A stretch of 64,000 nt of DNA from the human T2T-CHM13v2.0 reference genome, Homo sapiens. The stretch lies in NCBI RefSeq assembly GCF_009914755.1, contig NC_060934.1; one strand, written 5' to 3'. Below, one piece after another: positions 1 to 13,680 of the stretch. Numbering within the stretch: position 1 is the stretch's first letter; every line of letters begins with the position of its first letter. Below the pieces are notes generated by a model. The model did not search any database, had not been told where the DNA came from, and worked only from the letters and a program-made list of their open reading frames with translations. The position numbers were made by a program, and so were the translations under genes.

Positions 1-45
1 AGTGAGACTCCGTCTCAAAAAAAAAAAAAAGAAAAAAAAAGAAAA
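1..45 (+). mobile_element. Alu 3' end and A tail (truncated by window edge)
   Basis: agtgagactccgtctc followed by poly-A. Confidence 0.85.
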
Positions 46-104
46 TTAAAAGTGCTCATAATTTTGGCAACTGGCAGTAACTTTGTATTGTATAAACTTC
101 AGGT

Positions 105-371
105 TTTGTTTTTTTGAGACATAGTCTCACTCTTGTCACCCAGGCTGGAGTGCAGTGGCACGACCTCGGCTCACTGCAAACTTCACCTCCCGGGTTCGAG
201 TAGCTGGGATTACAGGCACCCACCACCACGCCTGGCTAATTTTTGTATTTTTAGTAGAGACGAGGTTTTTCCATGTTGGCTAGGCTGGTCTCGAACTCCT
301 GACCTCAGGTGATCCGCCCACCTCGGCCTCCCAGAGTGTTGGGATTACACGTGTGAGCCACTGTGCCAGCC
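105..371 (-). mobile_element. AluS with a ~26-nt internal deletion
   Basis: Alu consensus; cgggttc joins directly to gagtagctggg. Confidence 0.92.
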
Positions 372-3300
372 AACTTTCAGATTTTTAACGTATGTACAGC
401 CTCATATTATGGCATAGTTGTACCATAACAATCTGGTCAATTTACTAATGCTCATTTTTTACCATCATGCTGCCAAATATATGCCACTGATTAGTTTGTC
501 AGGTAGCTGGCATTTCATACATTTGGATGAAGATTTTTGTTTGTTTGCATTTGTTTTCTTCAGTGTCAGGGTCCTGGAGCAAGATCTGGTCCTGGCAGGT
601 GCTCTGAACAGTCAGCGTGTCGGTGTTTATGCTGGCTGCTCTGTGCCAGGCCTAGGGTAGACACCAACAATGAATTTCACCTCCCTGGCCTGTACACCAC
701 CTCCTTGCCCCACACCTCCATATCTTCATCTGTTAATGGAAATTATGGTAACCTCATTGGGCCTTTGTGGAAATTAGACAATAGGCAAAAAGTCTTCACA
801 CTTTCTAACAGGTTAAACAATTAAGTGTTATTATTAGGTCTAGAACTGTATGCAGATTTTCCACGTTAGGGAAATGAAAAGCGATAGGTAGTTATAACAG
901 AGAGGTTTAATGAGCTGTTCATCCAGCAGGGTGTCTCTGGTTTGAAAGGGTACGTCTGTCTCTACATGGATTTCTAATGCCCTGCCTGGGTTTAAAAAGT
1001 AGAGTCCAGGTTGACCAAGATGTGCTTCTTAGGAGAAATAAATGGGGAGAGAGGGAGTGTGTTTGGCTTCTCACTGAACAACTCTGTCCCTGCCACACTC
1101 TACCCCTGCCACACTCTGCCCCCAGCATCTCCCCAGCTCACACATTCCCTACCCAGGAAGCCTCGCCTGGCAATGGCCAAGCTGGACTATTTTTCTCCTG
1201 TCCTGAGAAATAGCCCACACGCATCAGCAGGCCTGTGTTTCCAGCTTGCCCACATAAGCAAATTTTCTTCTCATTGTGGCTTGCGTATGCCTAGTGCTTC
1301 TTAACTCAAGAAACAAATCCCTCAGTCACTCACTAACCCATTTTACCATGTCCTCAAAACTGTTTTTGCAAATAGGCAACACAACATGGGAGAATTTGGA
1401 GAGGCAGCAGGATTTTGAGATGTGTCTGCATTAGCTCGGGGTCCCAGGTTAACCTGCAGGCCCTCCGTAGTTGTCTGCCATGTTAGGGCTACACCTAGCC
1501 TCCTAGTGCCAGGTGAAGAAGAGGATAGGCAGAGACCCCAGACTCCTTCCAGGGCTGAGAGGGTGCAGCCTTTAGCCAGATGAGTCCCTCGGCTGAGAGC
1601 CTTTGGTCTGGGGTCTAACCCACCATATCTGGAGGCCCAGCCACAGGCTGCTCTGCCAGCCCCCGATGGAGGAAGAGCTCTTGGAACATGCCTCTGGCTC
1701 CTTCCTCTCTGCCACCTGCTCTGGGGGCCTGGTTTCAGGGTAGGGTGGAGGTGCTGTTTGGGTGGAGCTGGCCCAAGGGAGAAGAGTCAAAGCAGGACTA
1801 TGGGGCAACTCAAGGGCACTGATGCTGTGCAGTGTGGGGTAGGGAAGGCCCTAAGGCCACATGGCAGTAGCGCTCAAGCTTCTGAAGCTCGTCTGGGGGG
1901 GTAAAGGACAGAGATTTGGTTAAAAATGAAGCAGGATGGGTGTAAATGACCCCTGAAAATAAGGAAGAACTTGAACTACCCACGACGTCCTGATTCAGAG
2001 ATAATCTTTCCATCTTTGAAGTCATCCAGTAGAGGTGGACACCTGTCCTGGGTGGGAAGGGAGTGAAAGGGTTGATGTGATGTCCCCTGTATGTCCGCCT
2101 GTGCTAGGCCCAATAAGGCCAGGCCGGGTAACCGCCACAATCCTCACTGGCTTCATTTGAGTTCTTCTGTTCTTCTCTGCTCCACCCCAAGTTGCCCACA
2201 GGCCCCAGTCTTGTCCTGTAGCTCAATGCAGGCACCCAGCAAACCCTGAGGAGCTTCTCAGAATTGTGTCCACTGGGCTGACTGAGCAGGTGCCCAGGTT
2301 CCCAGGTTGCACAATTCTAAGGTCACTCAGAGGGGGACTGGCAGAGCCAAGAAGGTCTTGACCAGAAGCAGGCCCCACTCTGCCACTGCACTCTCCTTCC
2401 TCCAAGAGTAGAAAAGAATCTCCCCTGCTCCTGAACAATGTCAACATCGCCAGGACCACGCCTGTTGAGTAGCTCCGTGCCCACACCAATGCTAGCCTTT
2501 TCCAGACCCATGGTCTCACTGGCTCTCCCACACCCCTGTGTGACAGGTGTGGCCAGTGTGTTGCAAGGATGATATGGCAAATCAGAGCGGCTTGCTGTCT
2601 TGCTCGGGGCCCCCCATTTAAGTGGTGGAGATAGAATTTAGATCCAGGTGTCCCTGACTTCACAGCCAGAGCTCTTTCTCAGGCTGCCTCCCACAGATCT
2701 CAGGAGCACATTAGAAAGCCAAGAGCCATTTGCAACATCTTATTTAATCTAAAACTTACATGATAATGATGGATGATGGATGATGCGGTTTATTAACTTT
2801 TAAAGAAATACTTTCAACTAATCACCAGTTACCAACAAAATTCACATAGATCATTTTAAGAGTTCTGTAATCACCTTCAGATTAATATGATTTTAAAACA
2901 ATATTTTTAAAAAATAGATCTCACCTTTGGTTAGGTGTCCTGGAACTGCTGGTAATGGCGTCTTTCTCTGATGGTACCAGAAATAATGGAACTTCCTTGA
3001 AGCTGATAGCCAATGAAATGAGGAGGGGGATGGTGAAATGCCTTTTTCTTCTGTACACCATTCCACCTGATAGTAACATCACAAGTGACCACAGGCAAAA
3101 TTCTAGAACCTTGTCTGAAAGGGAGGAGAGCAGAGACTGAATCTCATTTCCTGGATCCTAACAGGCACATTTAGCTCCACTTCTTTCATTCCTCTGTCCT
3201 CACTCCCCTGTCAACTTCTAAAACAGAGTAGCAAGAGCAGCAGGCTGTGGCAGGCCAACTCCACATGCTCATGGCTCTGGAGGGCTCAGCACAGGTCCTT

Positions 3301-4984
3301 TTCAAGGTGATGACCCTCACTGTCTCCAGCCTGGGCTCTGCCCTTGCCTATAGCCTTAAGAGCAGCCTACCCTCCAGAACTGGGTGGGTGGCAGAGTCGC
3401 AGACACAGCAGGAGAACCATATCTTCACTTGACCCTTTACAAGCTAAAGCAGTATATCGGAGCATGTTTTGCTTCTGCTTATTGTTGGGTGTTGCTTGCT
3501 TGGATACATGGCCCAAATAGATGACTTCTCTATTAGGGATGAAGAGGTAAATCCCAGCCTGAGGGTTGCTTTCTGCTTATGGAAAATCTGCCAAGTAAAG
3601 AATTGAATGCAGAGGGATGGAGAGCCCAGGACAGAAGATGTGACGGTGGGGCTATGATGGGAATGTGAAGCAGCACTGTCCCCCTGGGACACACGGGCAG
3701 CCAGGCCTTGTCCAGACTGAGCCCGGCAGGGTCCTGACACAGACCATACAGGTGGAGCAGAGAGTATGTGGGGACTGGGTCTGTAGGTACCTGAATAGAA
3801 CTGTGGCAGAGGGGATGGATGGAGAGAACGGATATGATTTGGCTTGGTGTGGTGGAGCATCTTGAGAAGACCTGGTCTTGGGGGTAGAGGAGAGTCTTAT
3901 GGAGTTGGGGAAGAAACGGCTGGAAAAGGAGCAAAGGGGCACCTTGGAGGCTGAGGAGCTGGGCTCTGTAATCTCTGCTGAAGAGAAGAGAGGTTTCAGG
4001 TGAAGGGAGAGGGGCTCCTCCCCACACTCTCCCCAGTATTGCATTTTGTTACCCTTTTTTCCTACCAGGGCAGTCCACAATGGGACTTCTTTGGTTTGAT
4101 ATTTAAGTCTTAATTTTAGCCATGTACATTAGTATGGCCTTTTAAAGGAACCATTTGGCCATAGGTAGCAAAATGGTAAATACTCATACTTTTTAACCCA
4201 GTAGCACCACAGCTACTCACAGAAGTACCCAGAGACATGTGCCAAAAGGTGCTCCTGGAAACGTCAGTTGTGAGAACAAAGCCTGTCATGGGGGCGGTGA
4301 ATCAGTTAGGATCCAGCTGTGCAACCCTGCCCCGTGGTTGCAGAGATGAATGCGAAAGGGCAGTGTGAGCCGGTCTCCAGGGCTGCTGCAGCACAAGGGA
4401 GGCTGGGTGGAGAACCGGGTGTACGATGTGATCCCATGTATGATTGAAGTTTTTTAGAAACAAACAACAAAAAAAACTATGTAGGCATATAGGCAGGCAT
4501 ATGGGTAAAACATTTTCTGGAACATACACTGGAAACTGGTGACTGTGGACCCTTCTTGGGAGACCCTTAGGCCATATCTCATGGCCTTCCACGTTGTTTG
4601 CATTTTATCCACGAGCAAAACAAGGGGTCGGGGCAGGGATAAAGAAGGCCGAGATGTGGCAGGGGAATTCTGTGTGGGTTGTGAAGGAGGCCCCCAAGCC
4701 TGAGGCTGCATGTCCCCTGGAATTCTTGAGGCAGCAGCTTGTTCTGGCATCACAGCGGAGGGACACTGACTGCAAGAACCTAACCTTCAGCAGGCCAGGG
4801 TGGGGCAGGAAGAGCTGGATGACAGTCTCCCTGTGCTGTCCGCTGAGAGTTGCTCTGGGATTTGGGAAGTCTGCAGCTTTCCTGAACACCCTGGTCCCGT
4901 GAAGCCCAGGCAAGCCCCACCTCTCCCCTGTTTGTATTCTTGCCTTGGTATATTTAGTCACCACCTTGGTTTTCTGTCCCACAG

Positions 4985-5443
<459 letters not shown>

Positions 5444-6510
5444 GGGATCTTATTTTTCTAATTTACCAAAATGTCTCAGACATTTCCCTGACCAGATGTC
5501 GGTGATGGAGTACAAATCTTGCACATTGGAGTCAGAGCTGGGGAATGTGCGTGTGTGCGTGTGTGTGTGTGTGTGTGCGCACGCGCATGTGCATGTACCT
5601 GTACACTATGGATGCCTCCGAGTGGGTACACACACCCCATCTGTGAAGATACACATGTATACAGCCACATAGGGGGCAGAGCATGGGTGTCAATTCTTGT
5701 TCCTGGAAGATACACGTGGCTCCCAGCCTGGACAAGTTGACATTCAGCCCAGGGTTCTCAAAGAAAGGAAGAGACCCTAAAAGAGGCAGTTGTAGAGATT
5801 CGGGGACAATGAGAAAGTAGGTCTTAGTCACTCAGGTCCAAAATCCTCTCCCAAGGGGCAGGTTGAGGAAAGGAGAGCCCCTGAACATACAGGCCACATG
5901 TCAGAGATGACGGCTGTGTTGGATTGCTCACTCATTCAGCGGCCTTGGTGGATTTTATTCCCAATACGGGCCCTGTCTCCATTTGTGACTGTTCATCTGG
6001 AGGCAGAGGGCCCTTAAGAGTGAGCATCACCCCAACAGGCAGGGACAGGGAATAGGCAGTTCCCAAAGCCCCAGAGGAAGCCAGACCATCAAGCCTGGGA
6101 GTGAGGGCCTCTGTCTCTGGGACTGCCATGGCCCATCTGCTTATTTTCTAACCATCAATAGGTCAGCAGTCAGTTCACCCACAGCATTTGTGCTATGATT
6201 TTAGTCAACTTCTGAGAACTGCATCCAACAGTTAACACAAAAGCATGTTTTATCCTTGGTGTTGGATGCTGAACTGCATTGGGTTTTTTTTTTTTCCTTG
6301 CTGACTTTGCTTCCCGAATATACTTGCCTCCGTTCATACTGAAATTTGTGTGTGGGTCATGCATGAGATGTGCACAAAGTAACCGAGGGGCTGGCTGCCT
6401 GTCCTCACCCACAGAGCCAGGGCCTGCTGCCGAGGCCTGAGGGTGGGACCCATGGCTTTGCAGGAGCATCAAACGTATTTGGTTTATCCCCTTTCTGTCT
6501 CTTCTGGTAG

Positions 6511-6678
<168 letters not shown>

Positions 6679-6781
6679 TGATAACAGAGACCCTAAGTCA
6701 GCATGCAGAGCCTCTGCTAGGAGGTTCCGTCACATGAACCTGGGTACCTGGACCTAAAGGCTGCTGAAGCTCAGATCTCTT

Positions 6782-7075
6782 TTTTTTTTTTGAGATGGAG
6801 TCTTACTTCATCGCCCAGGCTGGAGTGCAAAGGCGCAATCTCTGCTCACCGCAACTTCCGCCTCCTGGGTTCAAGCGATTCTCCTGCCTCAGTCTCCTGA
6901 GTAGCTGGGATTACAGGAGTGCACCACCATGCCTGGCTAATTTTTTTTGTATTTTAGTAGAGAGGGGGTTTCACCATGTTGGCCAGGCTGGTCTCGAACT
7001 CCTGACCTCAAATGATTCTCCCGCCTCGGCCTCCCAAAGTGCTGGGATTACAGGCATGAGCCACTGTGCCCGGCC
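6782..7075 (-). mobile_element. AluS
   Basis: Full dimer; TSD tcagatctctt at 6771-6781 and 7076-7086. Confidence 0.95.
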
Positions 7076-8273
7076 TCAGATCTCTTAACCCCACTGTGGC
7101 CTTTGGTATTTGGCTGCCTGGGTTCCTGTCCTGGATCCCCCTGTGGAATGATCAACACAACTAACATAGTTGCTAACATGAGCCCCAGGGGGCTTCCTGG
7201 CTTACTCTCCACAGTGAAGGCACCTGATGCCATCTACCAAGATGGTGCCATGGGTCAGCCCTTGTGGGGTGAGGCAGTCACAGGTGAAGTGGGCCATGGA
7301 ATTTGTTCCTAAAATCAATGTGTGCAGGAGAGGGGCCTGGGAAAGAAAGGAGAGAGAGACACAGGGATACAGACACACAGAAAGGACAAGCTACTCTTGC
7401 TGTAACTTGAGTTCAGTGACAGAGATGATGGTGTCTGAGCCTCATCTGGGATCTGGACTGAGATGTGTAGTGACAGGGGAGGTTGATGGTGAGATGACAA
7501 GAACAGATCCCTCATCTCTTTTAGCCTGCACCCCTGCGCCCCAGCAGGCAGGGAAAGGATGGGGAGTAAAACTCCACAGCTGGACCAGGGTGATTTCTGT
7601 GCTTCTATGGGGACAACCAAACTATGGAGCAGTGTCCTGGCCACCCGGGCTCTGGCCATCTGGAGAGGTGCTGGGCCATATGTAAAGCACACAAGGTGGC
7701 TGAGCCACTTGTTCAGATGAGCCTGGCCAGTCCTGCGTAGGGCTGCTTGGATGGCAGACCTTCAGGATTTGGGAGAAGGAGACTCAGTCCTTTGTGACCT
7801 CTCATCCCTTCTTAAGACATTTAATGCAGCAAAACGTTTCTCACTAGCACTGGCTGCTGCTTATTGCACTAATGGTCCATCGGAGGCTGAGGCATTTCAA
7901 ACACAAAACCTACTCACATGTTGCAAAGTGGTGGTTTGCAAGCCTTTTTTGTTTAGGTCATACTAGGTATTTAAAACCTTGATTATTTATCAACTTAAAA
8001 ATTAGGAGATTTCTCCTTTAAAAAAATCTGGATTTCCAATATCTTTTGGAAAACGGTGAGATCTGGCAACTAGGAATTTTTCTGAGCTGGCAAGATTGTG
8101 AAAGCTGAGTGTGGGTCTCCGTGTGTCCCCTCCAGCACTCACTGGGATCTTAAGAGGGGCCATTTCACTCTTGCCCCTGCTTCTCCCTGGCTTTTGCAGG
8201 CATTTGAGATAGTGACACACTTGGCCCCCAGTGGAGCTTTGAGGATTCACTGCTAGTGGAAAGAAAGGGTTAT

Positions 8274-8572
8274 GAGCCAGGCGCAGTGGCTTATGTCTGT
8301 AATCCTGGCACTTTGGGAGGCCGAAGCAGGAGGATTGCTTGAGCCCAGGAGTTCAAGACCAGCCTGGCCAACATAGTGAGACCCTGTCTCTATCAAAAAT
8401 GCAAAAATTAGCGAGGCATGGTGGCACGCACCTGTAGTCCCAGCTACTTGGGAGGCTGAGGTGGGAGGATCACTTGAGCTCAGGAGGTCGAGGCTGCAGT
8501 GAGCCAGGACCACTCCACTCCATACCAGCCTGGGCAACAGAGCGAGATTCTGTCTCAGAAAAAAGAAAAGAA
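8274..8572 (+). mobile_element. AluJ
   Basis: ttgcttgagcccaggagttc and gaggctgcagtgagc J-type diagnostics. Confidence 0.92.
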
Positions 8573-9220
8573 GGAGAGATACACAGGTACCTCCTCCTAT
8601 AAAGAAATGCAAACCCCAGCAATTCTTGGCTCCTCTGCTAACATGCAGAACCTGAAAAGAAAAAGTTTCCCAGAGCACCTGGCCCTGAAACTGGTCCTGT
8701 TTTCTCTGCAGTATATTCCAAGAGAGGGAAGGGGCGCTCACAGCATGCTTTCACTGCCCAGAAAGGAGTGAACCTCCAGGAAAAATGAGCAAGTTCCTCT
8801 CATTTCCTCCCTGAACAGATGACTTCTAACTTCCTGTAAAATCAGTTTGATTCTAAGCAAGGACCCTGAACTATTGGAGTACATAATGCAGTTTAGGAGC
8901 CAAGTGCCTCATAGACAACACGAGTTCTTTTAAAAGTGTCTTTTCAGTAGCTGGAGGCCATGTTCTGATTTGGGTCAACTTGGAACAGGTTGAGTGTGAA
9001 CTCAGTCTTCCCCTCCTCTTATTTTTCATTTCTCCCTTTTTAAGTCTTTGTGGATCACTGGCTCTGGGGCCATAAAACCCCAGCCTGCCAGCTAACCACC
9101 AGAGGCAGGTCAGACCAAATGACTGTAAATCAATAAAGAGAACCATAAAACTCAAGAGCGTGGCTCCTAGGGCACAAGCGGGTCTGGGGAGTTAACTCCA
9201 GCTGCACATCTGCCTTCTAG

Positions 9221-9338
9221 ACATTGAACTTGGCAAATCCGAAGATTTTCCGGGATCTTTCAAAGCCCATGGGGGCTCAGACCAAGGAAAGGAAGCTGAA
9301 ATTTATCCAGAGGTTTAAAGAAGTTGAGAAAACTGAAG
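9221..9338 (+). CDS. WDFY4: WDFY4 BEACH exon: TLNLANPKIFRDLSKPMGAQTKERKLKFIQRFKEVEKTE
   Basis: ttctag acceptor, G|gtgagt donor; 118 nt; FRDLSKPMG motif. Confidence 0.97.
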
Positions 9339-9479
9339 GTGAGTAGATCCAGCTTGATTTTTGGTGCAGTGTTATTCATCGGGATGCCCTAAAATGATAG
9401 TTGATAACAATTAAGGTGGTCACCTAGCCTACAAGTAATTGCATTTGAATAGAGGACTCTAACCTGGTGGTAGGAAGTG

Positions 9480-9600
9480 CCTGGGGAGCTTCTAGAAAAT
9501 ACTGATGTCCAGGCCTCACCTCTAGAAATTTGGATTTAAATAAGTCCGTGGTGTGGCACAGCCCAGGGGATTCTAACATGCAGCCTGGCTGGAGAAATAT
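9480..9600. mobile_element. MER5-type hAT-Charlie MITE fragment
   Basis: gagcttctagaaaatactgatgtccaggcctcacc..gattctaacatgcagcc. Confidence 0.7.
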
Positions 9601-9649
9601 AATGCTAAGAGGTAATGACTCCATGCCTAGGGGCAGGCAATAGCAGAAT

Positions 9650-9830
9650 AAACTAACATTTATTCAGCACTTTCTCTCTGCCAGGGGCAGGCCAGCCTGT
9701 GTTTGTATATTACAGTGGTCCATTTCAAAGAGAAGGAAAGTGAAACTCAGAGAGTTTAAGCAACTTGCTCAAGATCACAGCCTCTAAATGGCAGAGCCTG
9801 CATTTGTGTGACTCTAGCTCCCAAACTTTG
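9650..9830. mobile_element. MIR
   Basis: taacatttattcagcac..ctcagagagtttaagcaacttgctcaagatcacag. Confidence 0.7.
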
Positions 9831-10040
9831 TCCATCTACACGCCATCTTTAGACGTTTTGCCACATTCACGTGCCGTCTGTGATCTTATTGCCTGAATGT
9901 TTTTCTTTAGGTCTGTTCACTTCCTAAACGTCAATGAATATATGTTTTTAATGCCGTTCATGAACACAGTGTAGCACACATATCTGCCACGTGTGAGTGC
10001 AGGTAAGGAAGCAGCCCTCAAGCATGTGTTTTTGTTGCAG

Positions 10041-10150
10041 GAGACATGACTGTCCAGTGCCACTACTACACCCACTACTCCTCGGCCATCATCGTGGCCT
10101 CCTACCTGGTCCGGATGCCACCCTTCACCCAGGCCTTCTGCGCTCTGCAG
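10041..10150 (+). CDS. WDFY4: WDFY4 BEACH exon: (G)DMTVQCHYYTHYSSAIIVASYLVRMPPFTQAFCALQ
   Basis: ttgcag acceptor, CAG|gtgagc donor; 110 nt; HYxTHYS motif; phase matches both neighbours. Confidence 0.97.
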
Positions 10151-10170
10151 GTGAGCTGCTGCCACTCTCT

Positions 10171-10172
<2 letters not shown>

Positions 10173-10203
<31 letters not shown>
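10173..10203. repeat. (AC)15 microsatellite
   Basis: Direct read; starts 22 nt after the exon donor at 10150. Confidence 0.98.
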
Positions 10204-10206
<3 letters not shown>

Positions 10207-10646
10207 GCCTGTATCACAAGACTAAGACCTGTGCTTGAACAAAGACAGGATGCCTCTGCTAAAAACTCAGTCATTAGCCAGTGATTCCCAGTTGACATTG
10301 GCTCCAGGATTCTGGCTCACCAGCCAAGGCAGGCTGTTCTTCCTCAGTTACACCTGCACATCTGCCCAACAAAGTCTTGCAAAATGATTCTAAAAAATAA
10401 GAAATGAGACATGAAAAAAATGATTTAACATAAATAAGATTTAGTGGAAAAAGAAAAAGCAGGAAACTTGGAGACTAGAAAGGCAGGCGGTCAAGGATTA
10501 GAAAAACAAATACGAGAAGGAACAATGAAAAGAATATGACTCAAGACATCGGAATGCATAAATCTGTACCAAGAACAAACTGAAAGGCTTCGAAGGACAA
10601 AACCAACTTACCCACCCATACGCTAACAGACCATTATACCAGCTTA

Positions 10647-10777
10647 CGGTCGCCAGGTTTAAAATAAAAATACATGATACCTAGTTAAACTTGAATTCCA
10701 GATAAACTATAAATTATTGGTTGTTTATACAAAATTTAAGTTTAGCTGGGCCTCCTGTATTGTATATGGCCACTCTG
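10647..10777. mobile_element. MER53-like palindromic hAT MITE (internally deleted)
   Basis: cagataaac..gtttat inverted arms; agttaaacttgaatt / aatttaagtttagct. Confidence 0.65.
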
Positions 10778-11764
10778 GTGTCCAAGTGTTGCCAGGTTGG
10801 TGTCCAAGGCATGGGGGATTTCTGGGACAGAGTCTTTCATGGGCAGTGCTGTGAGGGTGCTGAGAAGTTCCTTTCCCCTCTTCCCCTCACAACCCTATCA
10901 CTGGGATCCTGCTTCCAAGGAGCCCCTTTATCCCAGGGCACAGCTTTTGAACGGGGAGATAGCCCTCAGATAGGGCAGCTGGCTCGGCTGACTCTAAAGA
11001 GAATATAGCACAGGGAGTATGGGCTGCCCTGATCCAGACCCTGCAATGGTCTGACGGAGAGAAAGGCATGAGCTGGGATGGGCAACAGGCCACTGAACAC
11101 ACAGACTTGTTCTGACACCTAAGCCTCATCTCAGAAAAGCCTGGGTATCCCAAGAACTGTGAGTTTGGGACTGACCTCACCTGTGAGGTCACTCTTTATG
11201 GTCACTCAGAGGACCTTGACCCTGAGAGACCAAAGGCCACCCTGCATCAACACTAAAGCCAACTCTGAGCCCTGGGGCAGGAATGGGTAGGCAAGGTCAA
11301 GGCACTTTCTCCAAATAAGGAGCAAACGTCCTCCTGTCTTCCATTACTTGGCGCAGCCTTCTCCCTCCTTGACGGCATAACACGTCTAGACATTGTATAA
11401 CCCCCTCTCCCTGGAAATTCACTCAAAAATAATAAATGTGCTTCCCCTGAGCCTTTCTCAGGCAAAAAGCATTTTAAGTAAGTTTGGTTTGGAGAACAAA
11501 TGGTCCCAGAGCTGCACCCCATGCCAGGAATCCCATCCAGATGTTGCTCATTAATCCACAAGAAATGATGATCACCGTTGACGATGATAGTGATGGATTC
11601 TGCCACTGGTTTCTATCCTGGGAATTTAAGTGTTTAAGTGTTCAGAATGCTTTGGAGTTTCCTGTTGCCCCTTCAGGAGGCTGCATTATAACCCAAAACC
11701 CCAGCTCTACCTGTTGCTAAGGATCTTTTCACATCGGGAGGAGACAGAGTGAAATAGAAACAGT

Positions 11765-11960
11765 CTCAGCTGTGAGATTTACATCACAGCTCTGCCACTT
11801 AATAGATGCAAAATCTTCTGCAAGTTATTTTACCTCTGGAAATGAGGGTTAATTATGCACATCTCTCTGGACTATAGGCTGTTGAGAAGATTAAATGAGA
11901 AAATGTGCAGAGAACCCCCAGCTCAAGGCTTGATGCTACATAGGTGATCAATCACTGTTA
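11765..11960. mobile_element. MIR
   Basis: gctctgccacttaa..caagttatttt..aaatgaggg..gaagattaaatgaga. Confidence 0.65.
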
Positions 11961-13194
11961 GTTCCCTTCTTCCCTCTGCAATCAGCTAGATCTAATCTGA
12001 GCAGGTCTGAACTTGTCCAGGCTGGTCTCCTCTGGTTTAAGCTAATTTAAGGCAGTCTGGACTGCATCAAAGTATTCCAACTTAGCATGAGCTAGACCTA
12101 ACAGGTGTGTTGTGAACCAACGGGATATCTGGGCTATGGCCACTTTGAAGCTAATCACTGGTTTAAGCTTATTTTAGCCAGTCTGGTCCATTGGTGACCA
12201 GGTAAAATTAGTTTGAGATGGTCTAAACCCATGTGAGAGGGTCACAACCAATTGTCCATGCTTTTAGGTGACACAAATGCAGTCATCTTACCTTGAGCCC
12301 TTTTGACTCCCATGTTGAAGTCACTGATGTAACTGAGTTTTGGGGCTCAGATCTGTCTTGGGTAGATTGACCCATCCAAGTTGGAGTCATCTGGGCTGTC
12401 TCTACATGCTTCTAAATTGGGTCTCACTTTCTTACTTTTAAATGACTCCTCTAGTGGGTCACACCTGGCCCGAGCCTTTGAACCAGCAAAAGAAAGAGCC
12501 ACCTTCAGCTTTTTCCTTAGGAAAAAAGAATTTTAGCTCTCGAGAGGATGAGTATAAAGGCTACATAGTCTACCTCTGTGGGAGGACACACCAGGCTCCT
12601 CTTTGAGAGTGCTGGGGCCTTGGCAGACCTCCTTAAGAATATTCTGGCATCTTCTTGAAGTCAGGCTCTTCCCTCCATCCCATCCTGCCTCCTAGGGGGA
12701 GGCCTGTATCTTCTCCAGAGACCTTTGCTTCACTCCTGTGGTGGCTGGAAAGGAGCCTCCCATAGTCTCAGCAGCCCAAGGCACTACTCCCAACCTGGGG
12801 TAGATGATGGAGTGGGGAAGAGTGAGAGACGTGGGGAGGCTGTGGAACCCAGGCAAGGAAGCCAGAGCCAGTGGACATGTAAGAGTCAGCATGGGAGAGC
12901 ACACGTCTCCATTCTGCTTTGAGCAAATGCTACCACCCGCCTATTACCACAGATAAGCCAGAGTGGAGACATACGTGGTGAGCCTGGGGCTCATGTCCCA
13001 GCATCCCCAGGGCTGCGTGTCTGACTTTGCTCAGATCGCTTTCTTTCTTAGGGTTCAGTCTCCTTGGTGAGATCAAGGAGGTGGGTAGGAGGATCACCTC
13101 TGAAGGCCTTTCCGTAACAGCTCCAATCTCTGATTGCTCATTAAGCACCTACTATGCACCTGGATGGTGCTAAGTACCTTACAGCTGTTATTTA

Positions 13195-13680
13195 AACTAT
13201 TTTATACTTATTTGTTGTGGAAAATATGCATAATAAGAAATTTACCCTTTTAACCATTTTTAAGGGCACAGCTCAGTGTCATTAAGTGCATACACATGGT
13301 TGTGCAGCCATCGCCACCATCTGCCTCCAGAACTTTTTCATCTTCCCAAACCCAAACTCTGAAACCATGAAACAATAACTCTCCAATCGCCCCTCCCCAC
13401 AGCACCCAGCAACCACTGTTCTACTTTCTGTCTCTATGAATGACTACTCTAAGCCTCTTATAAGTGGAATTATGCAATGTTTGTCCTTTTGTGACTGGCT
13501 TCTTGCACTTAGCGTAACGTCCTCAAGGTTCATCCATTGTTGCGGCATGTGTCAGTTTCCTACGGCTGAGTCTGCGCCCCTGTATTTGTAGACCACATGT
13601 TGTTTATCATTCGTCCATGGCTGGGGTGCTTTCTCCCTCTGATGACAATGAAGGGTGCTGCTGTGAACACTGCTGTGCCT
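13195..13680 (-). mobile_element. L1MB-type 3' end
   Basis: aaatttacccttttaaccatttttaag..ccagaactttttcatcttccc..ctactttctgtctctatga. Confidence 0.85.
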
